Shown here piece by piece: positions 34,732-44,226 of a DNA stretch of 64,000 bases. The translations under genes were made by a program, and so were the position numbers. How positions within the stretch are numbered: position 1 is the stretch's first letter; each line of letters starts with the position of its first letter. The notes beneath the pieces are model-generated. The model saw nothing but the letters and a program-made list of their open reading frames with translations. It was not told where the DNA came from and did not search any database. The DNA comes from Candidatus Bathyarchaeum sp. GTDB taxonomy: Archaea > Thermoproteota > Bathyarchaeia > Bathyarchaeales > Bathyarchaeaceae. The DNA is taken from NCBI GenBank assembly GCA_020344315.1, contig CP070820.1, positions 319,116 to 383,115 of the forward strand, written 5' to 3'.

Positions 34732-37700
34732 ATGTTCGGCATGAAAAAATTTGTATCAAAGTTTGTGCTGTCGCTAATTCTAACTTCATTGTTTGTAGCT
34801 CTCTTCAGTTTCACACATCACTTTGAAGTCAGAGCTGAGCTATTTCTTTTAGAAGACAACGAAAGTTACAGTGTTAGTGCTTCGTCTTCGATACAAATCA
34901 TGGTTCCAGACGATTATCCAACTATTCAAGAAGCAATAGTTCATGCAGCTGAAGGCGCTACAATCACTGTCAAAGACGGAACATACTACGAAGCTGTGAC
35001 TGTAAATAAAAAGTTGACCTTAATTGGAGTTGATTATCCAGTAATTGATAGCAACGAATCACGAAGTACAGTGATGATAACTGCTGATGGTGTAACTCTA
35101 CAAGGTTTTAATGTGACCAACTGTGGGTATTCGAGCGAGCCATTTGGCGGCGGTATAGAATTGAGTGGCGTAAGAGACTGTGTTATTGTTGGCAACAACG
35201 CTTACGACAATAAGAGAAATGGAATTTCTCTAACAAACTCAAATTATAACAAGATAGAAAACAACATATGTGCGAATAACTCGGATGGGATTAGACTTTG
35301 GTCAAGGTCACCTCTGACGAGCAGCAACAATTTGATAAAAAACAACATTTGTTTCAAAAATCGGCGTTACGGTATCGAATTTTGGTCTTACATCTATATG
35401 ACGACAACAACGAATGACAACATCATTACCTTGAATGATTGTTCCGCAAATCGTGAGGGTGGCATATACCTCGGCAAATCCGTTAATTGCGTTTTGTCTG
35501 AAAACACTTTATCTTATAACGAAATTGGGGTTTTCCTGGACGGCAGAAATATGACTACAAAGAACATTACCGTAACAAATAATCTAGTCTTGAATAACTC
35601 TCGTGGACTCTATCTCTATGGAACAGGTTTGAAGGAAACTCTCATAGTTGAAAACACTATTGGAAACAATGACCTTGGAATCTATTGCCAGAGCGTGTAC
35701 GGCAACGAATTTTATCACAACGACTTCATCAACAATATAGAGCAAGTTCATTTGAGTAGCTCTGGATCAGAAAACTTGTGGGATAATGGTGTTGAAGGCA
35801 ATTACTGGAGCAATTATGACGGTACAGATATCGATGAAGATGGAATTGGAGATGTCCCATACATAATTGATGAAAACAATCAAGATAACTATCCTTTGAT
35901 GGCACCATGGAACTCAGGAAGCGGAAATGTAACAACGGGTCCCGGCACATGGACTGTAGATGATAGTGGCTCCGCAGACTTTCACACAATACAGGAAGCC
36001 ATTAACGCAGCCGGGAATGGAGATACTGTTCTCGTATTCTCTGGAACCTATTATGAGAATGTTATTGTGAACAAAACATTAACCGTTGAATCGGAGAGTG
36101 GGGCTGAAAACACTATTGTCTGTACTCCAGACCCTGAAACAGGAAAAAGCGTCTTTGAGGTCTGGGCAGGTAATGTTGAAATCACTGGGTTTACAATACG
36201 GGACAGCACCAATAGAACGATTCCCGGAGACCCATTTAATCCCGCCAGTTACGTTGACGCATGCGGCATTTACGTTGGATCAGCTACAGGCACCAAAATT
36301 AGCAGAAACATCGTGAGAAACAATTTTGAGGGGATCGTCTTCGCAAATTGCTCGAACATCATCGTATCTGAAAACCAAATAACGGAAAATATCCATGAAG
36401 GTGCCAGACTTGTCTATTCGTCGTCCGCAACTCTTATAGAAAATAGCATAACCCGCAACCATCATCCAGAAATTTTGGCTGCGACAGGCCTAGTGATTTT
36501 CCATTGCACAAACAGTGAAGTTTTAACAAACCAGATAGATGCAAATGACAATGGTGTAGTGGTTTCGAACTCTCATAGCATTACCGTCTCCATTAATAGC
36601 ATAATCAACAACAGATTTCATGGCTTAAACATCGTTAATGGGAACGGTCAAATAATTTTTGGAAACAACATCAGAAACAACACCTACGGCATCTGTCCCA
36701 GTGGCGGCTCAAACAACCAAATTTCCGGGAATACACTACAGGAGAATGATCACGGCATAGCCTTCTACGGTTCCTCAAATAACCTCATCTATTCTAATGC
36801 CTTCATTAACAATTCAATCCAAGTCGGTAATTTCCATGGACACGAGACTAACCTATTTGATAATGGCTTTAAAGGCAACTACTGGAGCGACTACAACGGC
36901 ACAGACAGTGACGGAGATGGAATCGGAGATGTTCCATACGTTATTGACGAAAACAATCAAGACAATTGTCCACTTATGTATCGAGAGAGTTCTGGTCGCT
37001 CTCTCTCCTACCAACTTATAGTAGATAGCATACCCTCTGGAGTAACATTCACAATTGACAACGTAACGAGTACAACTCCTTGGTCAAAGGTCTATAATGG
37101 GACCACATCAGTTACCTTGGTGATGCCCGAATCTCACTCCATCGAAGGCGAAAACTACATTTGGTGGCGGTGGATCGACGGAGATACAAATCGAATAAGA
37201 ACAGTCACTGTAGACAACAGCACAGCATTAACTGCCATGTTTAAACCAGGAGACACATCTCTGAAAATTTCCATTCTGTCTCCAGAAAACAAGACCTATG
37301 CCACAACTGGTGTTCCTTTAGAAATCGCTGTGAATAGAATATTTTATTCGACATCATACAGCCTAGATGGGCAAGCAAACGTAACAATCATCGGAAACAC
37401 AACATTAACCGGTCTATCTGAAGGACCACACAACATCATAGTTTACATCCAAGATACACCCGAAAACGTCAGCGCCTCCCACATCATCCACTTCACTATT
37501 GACACTACTCCTCCGCGCATAACGGATGTGCACCAACTTCAATTAGAAATTAATGGAACCATTGGAGGAGTCCAAGTTAACGCCACAGTCACTGATGCAA
37601 TAAGCGGGGTTGAATGGGTGGCCTTGAACTACACAGATGGTAATGGAACATGGAATCTCAGTGAAATGACAAACCTAGAAAGCGACACATGGAGCGGCAC

Positions 37701-37905
37701 TATACCCGCTCTTCCACACGGCACAAACGTCACATACATAATTATAGCAAGAGACAAAGCCCAAAACACGATCACAACTGAGGAACTATCTGAATTGCAA
37801 CATCAATATGAAGTTATTCCAGAGTTTTCATCATGGATTATTCTGCCTCTAACCTTGATTGTAGCACTGTTTGCTGTGGACATCGTTAAAAAAACTTTGC
37901 AGTAA
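34732..37905 (+). CDS. Large secreted surface protein: two NosD-like parallel beta-helix modules, Ig-like C-terminal domains, PEF-CTERM anchor signal
   Basis: Signal peptide MKKFVSKFVLSLILTSLFVALFSF. Many PbH1-type repeats (N..I..N...GI.L). Two copies of GNYWS.Y.GTD.D.DGIGDVPY.IDENNQDN.PLM. C-terminus is VIPEFSSW plus a helix plus KK. Confidence 0.85.
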   Translation: MFGMKKFVSKFVLSLILTSLFVALFSFTHHFEVRAELFLLEDNESYSVSASSSIQIMVPDDYPTIQEAIVHAAEGATITVKDGTYYEAVTVNKKLTLIGVDYPVIDSNESRSTVMITADGVTLQGFNVTNCGYSSEPFGGGIELSGVRDCVIVGNNAYDNKRNGISLTNSNYNKIENNICANNSDGIRLWSRSPLTSSNNLIKNNICFKNRRYGIEFWSYIYMTTTTNDNIITLNDCSANREGGIYLGKSVNCVLSENTLSYNEIGVFLDGRNMTTKNITVTNNLVLNNSRGLYLYGTGLKETLIVENTIGNNDLGIYCQSVYGNEFYHNDFINNIEQVHLSSSGSENLWDNGVEGNYWSNYDGTDIDEDGIGDVPYIIDENNQDNYPLMAPWNSGSGNVTTGPGTWTVDDSGSADFHTIQEAINAAGNGDTVLVFSGTYYENVIVNKTLTVESESGAENTIVCTPDPETGKSVFEVWAGNVEITGFTIRDSTNRTIPGDPFNPASYVDACGIYVGSATGTKISRNIVRNNFEGIVFANCSNIIVSENQITENIHEGARLVYSSSATLIENSITRNHHPEILAATGLVIFHCTNSEVLTNQIDANDNGVVVSNSHSITVSINSIINNRFHGLNIVNGNGQIIFGNNIRNNTYGICPSGGSNNQISGNTLQENDHGIAFYGSSNNLIYSNAFINNSIQVGNFHGHETNLFDNGFKGNYWSDYNGTDSDGDGIGDVPYVIDENNQDNCPLMYRESSGRSLSYQLIVDSIPSGVTFTIDNVTSTTPWSKVYNGTTSVTLVMPESHSIEGENYIWWRWIDGDTNRIRTVTVDNSTALTAMFKPGDTSLKISILSPENKTYATTGVPLEIAVNRIFYSTSYSLDGQANVTIIGNTTLTGLSEGPHNIIVYIQDTPENVSASHIIHFTIDTTPPRITDVHQLQLEINGTIGGVQVNATVTDAISGVEWVALNYTDGNGTWNLSEMTNLESDTWSGTIPALPHGTNVTYIIIARDKAQNTITTEELSELQHQYEVIPEFSSWIILPLTLIVALFAVDIVKKTLQ

Positions 37906-38004
37906 ACATTAAAGAAATGTGTATTCTGAATCTATATTTCGAAGTCATAAGATAGTTAAATACCCTCAGCAACCAGTAAGCCAATTACCCATTAGGAGAA
38001 AAGA

Positions 38005-38199
38005 ATGATGAGAAAATCGTTCTCCCCCCAATACCGCAAAAAACTCCACAAAATGATGATAGACACCTTCACGAGTGAAATCCAAAGCCTCACCCCTGAA
38101 CTTCAATATATACTGGCGGATGACTTGGTTACAGCTCTTCAGAATCGCCTTGCAGTCTTCCAAAGAATACAAGCAAAAGCAACTCCTTTGCAGAAATAA
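38005..38199 (+). CDS. Small hypothetical protein
   Basis: 64 aa with AGGAG 6 nt upstream of ATGATG. It competes with the antisense ORF 37966-38205, which has no SD. Confidence 0.35.
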   Translation: MMRKSFSPQYRKKLHKMMIDTFTSEIQSLTPELQYILADDLVTALQNRLAVFQRIQAKATPLQK

Positions 38200-38241
38200 C
38201 AACAAAAACCTTAGTCCGAATCCATAAATGATATATATAAA

Positions 38242-38571
38242 ATGGGAAAAATTAAACTTAAAAGTGGCGTTAACATGCGAAGATCAAAACTCGAGATGTA
38301 TATTGACATCCTCAAGGTTCTGGCCCACAGAGGTCCACTTAAGCTAACTCACATTATGTACAAGGCCAACGTAAACTGCAGTGTCTTGAAGGAGTACTTG
38401 GACTTCCTTATCCAGCAAGAGTTAGTTGAAGAGAAGACCGTGGGCAAGAAAAGGATAGTTTACGCCGTTTCGGAAAAAGGGTTGAAGGTTCTTAAGTACT
38501 TCAGAGAATTGAAGATTATGCTGCCAGTCATCGAAGAGGGTCAAGCTAGACTGCCTGCTTCCCTCTACTAG
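38242..38571 (+). CDS. Small archaeal winged-helix regulator (HTH_45-like)
   Basis: 109 aa. RRSKLEMYIDILKVLA..GPLKLTHIMYKANVNCSVLKEYLDFLI.Q.LVEE. Same pattern as 26860-27171. Confidence 0.65.
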   Translation: MGKIKLKSGVNMRRSKLEMYIDILKVLAHRGPLKLTHIMYKANVNCSVLKEYLDFLIQQELVEEKTVGKKRIVYAVSEKGLKVLKYFRELKIMLPVIEEGQARLPASLY

Positions 38572-38721
38572 CGGCGCCTTCTCTTCATCTTCTACTTTAT
38601 TTTTCTCGGTCTTCTGTTAGATCAATATTCTGTTGTAGTTTCTGTTGGATGTTTGTTAAAATCATGAATATAGACTAATGTATCGTAAGATTTAATAAAT
38701 ATGTGCGCTAAATTACTGTAG

Positions 38722-39123
38722 ATGCGGAAAACACATCTAGGGATCAAGACTATGGCAGCCTACAGAAAATTTGAGGGAAAATCAACGCAACTACTCGAAA
38801 AAATAAGAGAAAATCTTGAACGGCTAAACGAAAAGATAGATGTGATGATTGAGATCCAGAAGCATGGTCGAAGGGAGCTTCCAGACAACCTACCTGAAGC
38901 CTTGGACGTAATGACCCTACTGTCTCTCCCTGACCATCTTAGAAAGACAGCGGTTACCCTCTGCAAGCTCGGAGAAGCAACAGCCGATGAGGTTTCTGAA
39001 CAAACAAAGCGAGCAAGGGCAGTAGAGAGCGGTTATCTGAACCAGTTGGTGGTAATGGGATACATGAAAAAGGAAAGGAAAGGCCGCAAGGCTTACTTTT
39101 ACGTAGATAAGGGGGCTGACTAG
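38722..39123 (+). CDS. Coiled-coil plus winged-helix DNA-binding protein (ArsR/TrmB-like)
   Basis: 133 aa. N-terminal helix, then LSLPDHLRKTAVTLCKLGEATADEVSE.T.RARAVESGYLNQLV.MGY..K.RKGRKAYF. Its stop is 1 nt before the ParA/MinD start. Confidence 0.55.
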   Translation: MRKTHLGIKTMAAYRKFEGKSTQLLEKIRENLERLNEKIDVMIEIQKHGRRELPDNLPEALDVMTLLSLPDHLRKTAVTLCKLGEATADEVSEQTKRARAVESGYLNQLVVMGYMKKERKGRKAYFYVDKGAD

Positions 39124-39124
39124 A

Positions 39125-39901
39125 ATGGGAAAGATCCTTGCAGTTCACTCTTACAAGGGCGGAACCGGAAAGACATCACTCTCCGCTAACCTAGCAGCCA
39201 CTTACGCTAAAAGGGGTAAAAAAGTATGCCTAATGGACCTAGATTTCCGCGCTCCGAGCCTTCACGCTATATTCGCCGCCCACAAAGCCGAGTACTGGTT
39301 AAACGATTACCTTAACGGCGTCTGTGAAATCGATAAAGTCCTAATCGATGCGAGTCGAGATTATGGTAATGGCGGCAAGTTATTCGTTGCACTTGCAAAT
39401 CCGTCCACAGAAGCGATTAGGGATATGTCAGCGAAAGATAGGAAGTGGGAGATGAAGGCATTAGGCAGGCTTTTATCCCTTAGACAGTCTCTTCTGAATG
39501 ATGCGGGTCTTGACTACATTATTTTTGATACAAGTCCTGGACTTCAATATTCATCTATCAACGCAATTGTTGCTGCCGATGTTGCTTTGGTGGTTACAAG
39601 CTTGGATGCTTCTGACATAAAGGGGAGTCAGCGGATGACTAGTGAGCTCTACGATCTTTTCGAGAAGAAGACGGGAATCTTGATGAATAAAGTGATTGCA
39701 GAATATCTATCGTCTGAGAAGGAACGGGAGAAATTCAATCAGCACTTCAACAGCGTACATAAGCTTCCTATCTTAGCCGCTATTCCTTGTTTCTGTGATG
39801 TGCTTCGAGCAGCAGGAGATTACGTATTCTCAGAAGAAAACCCAGAACACCCATTTACGGAGACTTTAGACAAACTAGCCACAAAAGTCGAAAAATTCTA
39901 A
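39125..39901 (+). CDS. ParA/MinD-family P-loop ATPase
   Basis: Deviant Walker A SYKGGTGKTS, LDLDFRAPSL, Walker B-like YIIFDTSPG. Confidence 0.85.
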   Translation: MGKILAVHSYKGGTGKTSLSANLAATYAKRGKKVCLMDLDFRAPSLHAIFAAHKAEYWLNDYLNGVCEIDKVLIDASRDYGNGGKLFVALANPSTEAIRDMSAKDRKWEMKALGRLLSLRQSLLNDAGLDYIIFDTSPGLQYSSINAIVAADVALVVTSLDASDIKGSQRMTSELYDLFEKKTGILMNKVIAEYLSSEKEREKFNQHFNSVHKLPILAAIPCFCDVLRAAGDYVFSEENPEHPFTETLDKLATKVEKF

Positions 39902-41169
39902 CCCTTCCCTTTTCCATCATATTTTTCCTTAGCCTTCTTTGCATCATCAGCGAATTTCCTAAGCCGCTTAAGCTCGATATGCTTTTGAGGCATAGTTTCC
40001 GGAGCGTACAGCAGTGGTAATACCGCTATGAAGAGGAAGAAACTGGCTAACGAAAATGCCGCCGAGACTTCATCCATAGCTTGAGCAAAAGGTGTGAACA
40101 GGATCTGTGAATAGCTAGCAATTAGAAAAGGTGCTAATCCGATCAAGTAGTATTTTTCTTTTTTTCGGTTCCCAGCCAATTCTGACCATACAACCAAAAA
40201 GAACATTGGTAAAAAGATTCCCCATGCAACACCGTCTATGATAATGTACAAATATTCAAAAAGAGGGATGCCTTGAAAAAATCCTAGCATTCCATACCCA
40301 ATTCCCAACATTATGAAACCAACGATAATTACCCGTTTTCGGCCAACTGAATCAGCAAACCTCCCACATAGTAATGCAACAAAACCACCCATCCCGAATT
40401 CGACGAGTGGGATAACTGAGGCAATTTCATTCCCAAAAACAATATATATTATGGGTGCTTCAAGAAAATTTATAAGAGTAAACATCATCCATGGAATGAA
40501 ATACATGAGAAACGATCTGTCTAGTAAAATCGATCTATACGAGATTTCACGCGTTTTTTCTTTTGAAACATCTTTTTTTGTTCGGGTAAGAAGAAATGAT
40601 AATAAGCCAATTCCTCTCCACGCGGCGAGTGTCATTGCGCCAATGAGTAGAGTGGAGAAACTTACGATCAAACCAATGAAAAGAATGCAGAAACCCGTTA
40701 CAAAAAATGTAATGCCCGCTAACAATCCTCTGTTTTTAATGGTACCATAATCTCCGAAATATGCGAGGCAAGAGGGAAACCCTAATCCTAAAGAAAATCC
40801 CAAAATAAAGGAAACTAGCAAAATAGATGCCATATTGAATGGCTCCAATGCAACCATCAGTATAGACGCTATAATTCCAGTGAACATCCAAACGGCTAGA
40901 AATGTATCACGACTCGGAAATCTCTTCACCAAGGCAGTTCCTACTACTGCAAAACCAATAGCTGCCGCAAATTGAACTCCGAATGCCGTCAACAATAAAG
41001 CGGAGTCCATTTGAAATTTTCCCAAAACGATATCGAAAAAAATGTACAACGGAAAGTACCAAGAAAATGTGTTTACAACAACTACCAAAACAGATAGAAA
41101 ATCTCTTTGAAGTATGTTGCTTGTTGTTGACGAGCTGTTTTCCATTATTGTACAACTCAATCTGCCCAT
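39898..41169 (-). CDS. MFS transporter
   Basis: 423 aa, about 12 TM. Motif-A-like G.FADS.GRKRVI between TM helices in the second half. Confidence 0.8.
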   Translation of the reverse strand: MGRLSCTIMENSSSTTSNILQRDFLSVLVVVVNTFSWYFPLYIFFDIVLGKFQMDSALLLTAFGVQFAAAIGFAVVGTALVKRFPSRDTFLAVWMFTGIIASILMVALEPFNMASILLVSFILGFSLGLGFPSCLAYFGDYGTIKNRGLLAGITFFVTGFCILFIGLIVSFSTLLIGAMTLAAWRGIGLLSFLLTRTKKDVSKEKTREISYRSILLDRSFLMYFIPWMMFTLINFLEAPIIYIVFGNEIASVIPLVEFGMGGFVALLCGRFADSVGRKRVIIVGFIMLGIGYGMLGFFQGIPLFEYLYIIIDGVAWGIFLPMFFLVVWSELAGNRKKEKYYLIGLAPFLIASYSQILFTPFAQAMDEVSAAFSLASFFLFIAVLPLLYAPETMPQKHIELKRLRKFADDAKKAKEKYDGKGKG

Positions 41170-41367
41170 AATGTTACATTACAGCGATAAAATGTTTGCT
41201 AATTCACGATTCATTTTGTGCTACTTTATTCCTTGAACAAACTGTTTATGTGTTGAACAAAGCTTATAAGTAACTTGTAGAACATGAATACAATACGGGG
41301 ATGAAGGATGGCAAAGAAAAAGAAAAAGCCGATGAGATTATATCATATCTAGGCTTTATTTGCAGCA

Positions 41368-42357
41368 TTATAAATCCTCAATTATTCCCTTAATTAGTGT
41401 TTCTACTGAGGATAACAACTTTTTATTAGGTATATTTTTGATCTCAGTTAAAGCTTCTTCAGCCAGTTGGTTAACCTCATTTCTAAAAGTTTCAACATTT
41501 TCATCTTCATAGATCATGTCTACTATTTTCTCAGCATCTTCGTCAGAGACCCGCTGTTTTGAAAGATAATCTATTATAGTCCTTTTGGTCTGTGGGCTCT
41601 TGAATGCATAAAGGATGGGAAGTGGCAGACATTCATTCCTAAAGCGGTTCTGAAGTTCCTCATCTTCGAACACATCAATAAAATCCTCTCTTATGCTAAC
41701 CAGAATACCCATTGTCCTGCCGTAATCGCCCAATAAGTCAACAACATCTTTTTCTGCTCCTCCAACAATGGCGCCAATGCGCATGTGAGCTTCGAAGGTT
41801 GAAGCCTTCATTTTCAGAATCCGAAAGCCTTCCTCCGGAGAAATATCTATATTGCCTTTCAGAGAAGCTTCGAGGGCCTCAGCGTCTCCCAGTTCAAAAA
41901 ATAAACTGTTAATTATGTCCCAAATCGCATTGATCTTTTCTGTAGGAAATTGTTTCTCTAACTTGTGAAGAAGAACTAGGGCCTTCATCAAAAAGGCGTC
42001 ACCTACAAGAAGAGTAATGTCTTTACCAAATTTTGCGAAGACGGTGGGCTTCCCATATTTTGTCCTTGACTCATCAATAATATCATCATGAACATCAAAT
42101 CCAGCAGTTAGCAATAACATGGCAACTTGTACCGGGATTGTATCATCAGCTCTGCCTCCCACCGCTTCACAAGCAATTGAAACTAACCCAGGATGCACAA
42201 CATCATACCAAGCTTTTGCATAATACTTGAAGGCATCATTAATTTCTTCACTCACTCTCTTTTCCTGCAAAATCTCTTTTTTTGCAATCTCAAGAGATTT
42301 TTTGCTTCTTTCAACCAGCATTCGGTTAACTTGTACAATTAACTTCGTAGTTTTCAC
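41368..42357 (-). CDS. idsA: Polyprenyl (geranylgeranyl/longer) diphosphate synthase
   Basis: First Asp-rich motif DVHDDIIDES and a second acidic motif REDFIDVFED. 329 aa. Confidence 0.85.
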   Translation of the reverse strand: MKTTKLIVQVNRMLVERSKKSLEIAKKEILQEKRVSEEINDAFKYYAKAWYDVVHPGLVSIACEAVGGRADDTIPVQVAMLLLTAGFDVHDDIIDESRTKYGKPTVFAKFGKDITLLVGDAFLMKALVLLHKLEKQFPTEKINAIWDIINSLFFELGDAEALEASLKGNIDISPEEGFRILKMKASTFEAHMRIGAIVGGAEKDVVDLLGDYGRTMGILVSIREDFIDVFEDEELQNRFRNECLPLPILYAFKSPQTKRTIIDYLSKQRVSDEDAEKIVDMIYEDENVETFRNEVNQLAEEALTEIKNIPNKKLLSSVETLIKGIIEDL

Positions 42358-42468
42358 TTTGATTTCCCCATTTCACAAACTATAATTCCGCCTATTACTC
42401 ACTTTTGTTATTGAACCAATTGGACGTGAGTTTTCCTTCCTCTGTCATCTCAAATCTGTTGGGATCCT

Positions 42469-42816
42469 TCAAGATATCTCCTGAGCCTCCTTTTTCAAGT
42501 CTAGTTTTTGCAGCTGCTCATTCAGAACTTCATAGTAGGCGTCTATAAGTAGTGTTCCTTTTGGGGTGATTGTGTAAACTTTTCTTACGCGTCCTCCTTT
42601 GGTTGTTTTTTCGCTTTTGGCGTACCCTTCTGCTTCTAGGGAGTTGAGGAGGGGGTAGAGGGCACCGTGTCTGAGTTTTATTCCGAAGAGCCTTTTGGTT
42701 TCTTTGATGATTTTATAGCCCCACATTGGTTCTGCTTGGATGAGTCTCAAGATTAGGATGTCGAGGAAGTTTCTGGATATGCGTTGAACAATTTGTGTTC
42801 TGAAGTGTTCGGTCAA
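42469..42816 (-). CDS. PadR-family transcriptional regulator
   Basis: LDILILRLI...PMWGYKII.E......IKL.HGALYPLLN.LE.EGY......T.KGGR.RKVYTIT.KG. TTG 42816 gives a normal about 115-aa PadR. The track ORF extends to 43167, antisense into the divergent PadR gene. Confidence 0.75.
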   Translation of the reverse strand: MTEHFRTQIVQRISRNFLDILILRLIQAEPMWGYKIIKETKRLFGIKLRHGALYPLLNSLEAEGYAKSEKTTKGGRVRKVYTITPKGTLLIDAYYEVLNEQLQKLDLKKEAQEIS

Positions 42817-43051
42817 CTTTTTCCGTTTCCACTCTTCTTGTATCGTAGTTAGATGTATTTGTTTATTTAATTTGTCTAGGTTTTGGAATGGTTTTGATAT
42901 GCTTTGATATGCTTCGTTATGTTTCTCGGTCGCACCAACCTTTATATCATCGTTTATCGTATAGAGAAGATTGTAATATGTCTGGAAAAGGACATATTGT
43001 ATAGAAGTAGAACGGAAGAACTGTAGAACAAAACTACAAGAGGAAAAAAAT

Positions 43052-43438
43052 ATGAAACAAAAACTAAGAGAGGTCCAAACAAAACTCATGAGAGGCCTCC
43101 TAGACCTCGTAATCCTCCAATTCTTGAATGCAAAACCCATGCATGGGTACAGCATTATAACAAGCATCCGAAAAAACTTCGGGGTTTATTTCGGTCCAAG
43201 CACAATATATCCCCTACTAGGCACCCTAGAAGAGAAAGGCTATATCAAGAGCCAATGGGACCTAAAAAACGATCGACCTAGAAAGGTCTATTCACTAACT
43301 CCTGAAGGCGGCAGCCTCTTAAATGGCACCGAAGAGTCCCTTAATCACATCTGCCGCAGACTCTCCAGCATAGGGCTAAACCGACTGCAAATCAACGGCA
43401 ACAACTGCGCCCCGAAACCCATTCAACAAATACCCTAA
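43052..43438 (+). CDS. PadR-family transcriptional regulator
   Basis: LLDLVILQFL...PMHGYSII..I......YFGPSTIYPLLG.LEEKGYI.S......RPRKVYSLTPEG. Confidence 0.8.
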   Translation: MKQKLREVQTKLMRGLLDLVILQFLNAKPMHGYSIITSIRKNFGVYFGPSTIYPLLGTLEEKGYIKSQWDLKNDRPRKVYSLTPEGGSLLNGTEESLNHICRRLSSIGLNRLQINGNNCAPKPIQQIP

Positions 43439-43621
43439 TCCCCTAACATCAGAGTACAACAGAATTACCGCATTTACCCTACCTTAGCTTCCCCCCCACT
43501 TTTGTTCCAGTTTTCAACATATTTCAAATTCTGATATATAATCCCAATTTTTCACAAATTCTCAAGCCTGACAACACTAACCTTAACACAAGAAATGAGG
43601 TTCTTGATGGTTATATCGCTT

Positions 43622-44182
43622 TCACGTTGTTGATTTATTGAAGTAGATTCTGAGAGCGGACAACATAATCCATGCGAAGGTTGCCACTGAGGATATGGCC
43701 TCGGGCACCGCAATCCCAGCACTGTATATTCCTATCCCATACAAGATCCATGAGCCGAAGCCAATAATTAAAGCTGCAAAGGCTACAACAGATCTTTTCT
43801 CCATGGCGTAGATTACGGAAGCGAAGCCCAGTGTCACGAAGAACAATACCGAAACCTGAAAGTGAAGTGGATTGTAAATTTCATCAAAGGTGGCGACCAA
43901 CTGAAGGGATAACCCTATGATTGCCAGAAGGTAGCTCGTGTATTTGGCGTGATTCCTGAAAATCGTGATGGAATAAATTATCATGAAAAAGCCTGATAGT
44001 AACAAGCCAAAATTAAACAACGGCGCCACCTCACTGTTATCGGAATGGCCGAGGTCGCTGAGAGCATTGCTCCACCAGCTGAACCGCGGCGAAAAAATTA
44101 TGGAGATTAATACGAAGAAAATTGCTGTCACAGGTCCTAAGAGTCCCAAGAGAGCGTATTTTCGTTCATTCAACTGTGTCAC
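43622..44182 (-). CDS. DUF998 family membrane protein
   Basis: 186 aa, 6 TM. N-terminal pattern GP......V.I.I..SP.FSWW.NALSDLG is typical of DUF998. Confidence 0.65.
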   Translation of the reverse strand: MTQLNERKYALLGLLGPVTAIFFVLISIIFSPRFSWWSNALSDLGHSDNSEVAPLFNFGLLLSGFFMIIYSITIFRNHAKYTSYLLAIIGLSLQLVATFDEIYNPLHFQVSVLFFVTLGFASVIYAMEKRSVVAFAALIIGFGSWILYGIGIYSAGIAVPEAISSVATFAWIMLSALRIYFNKSTT

Positions 44183-44226
44183 TCAACCCCTTACTATTTA
44201 TTGACTTTCAGTTAATTAAATGGTGG

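Noticed and set aside
37966-38205. 79-aa minus-strand ORF
   Set aside because: It overlaps entirely with the plus-strand 64-aa ORF, which has a good AGGAG SD. The minus ORF has none. Both are weak, so only the plus one is listed, with low confidence.
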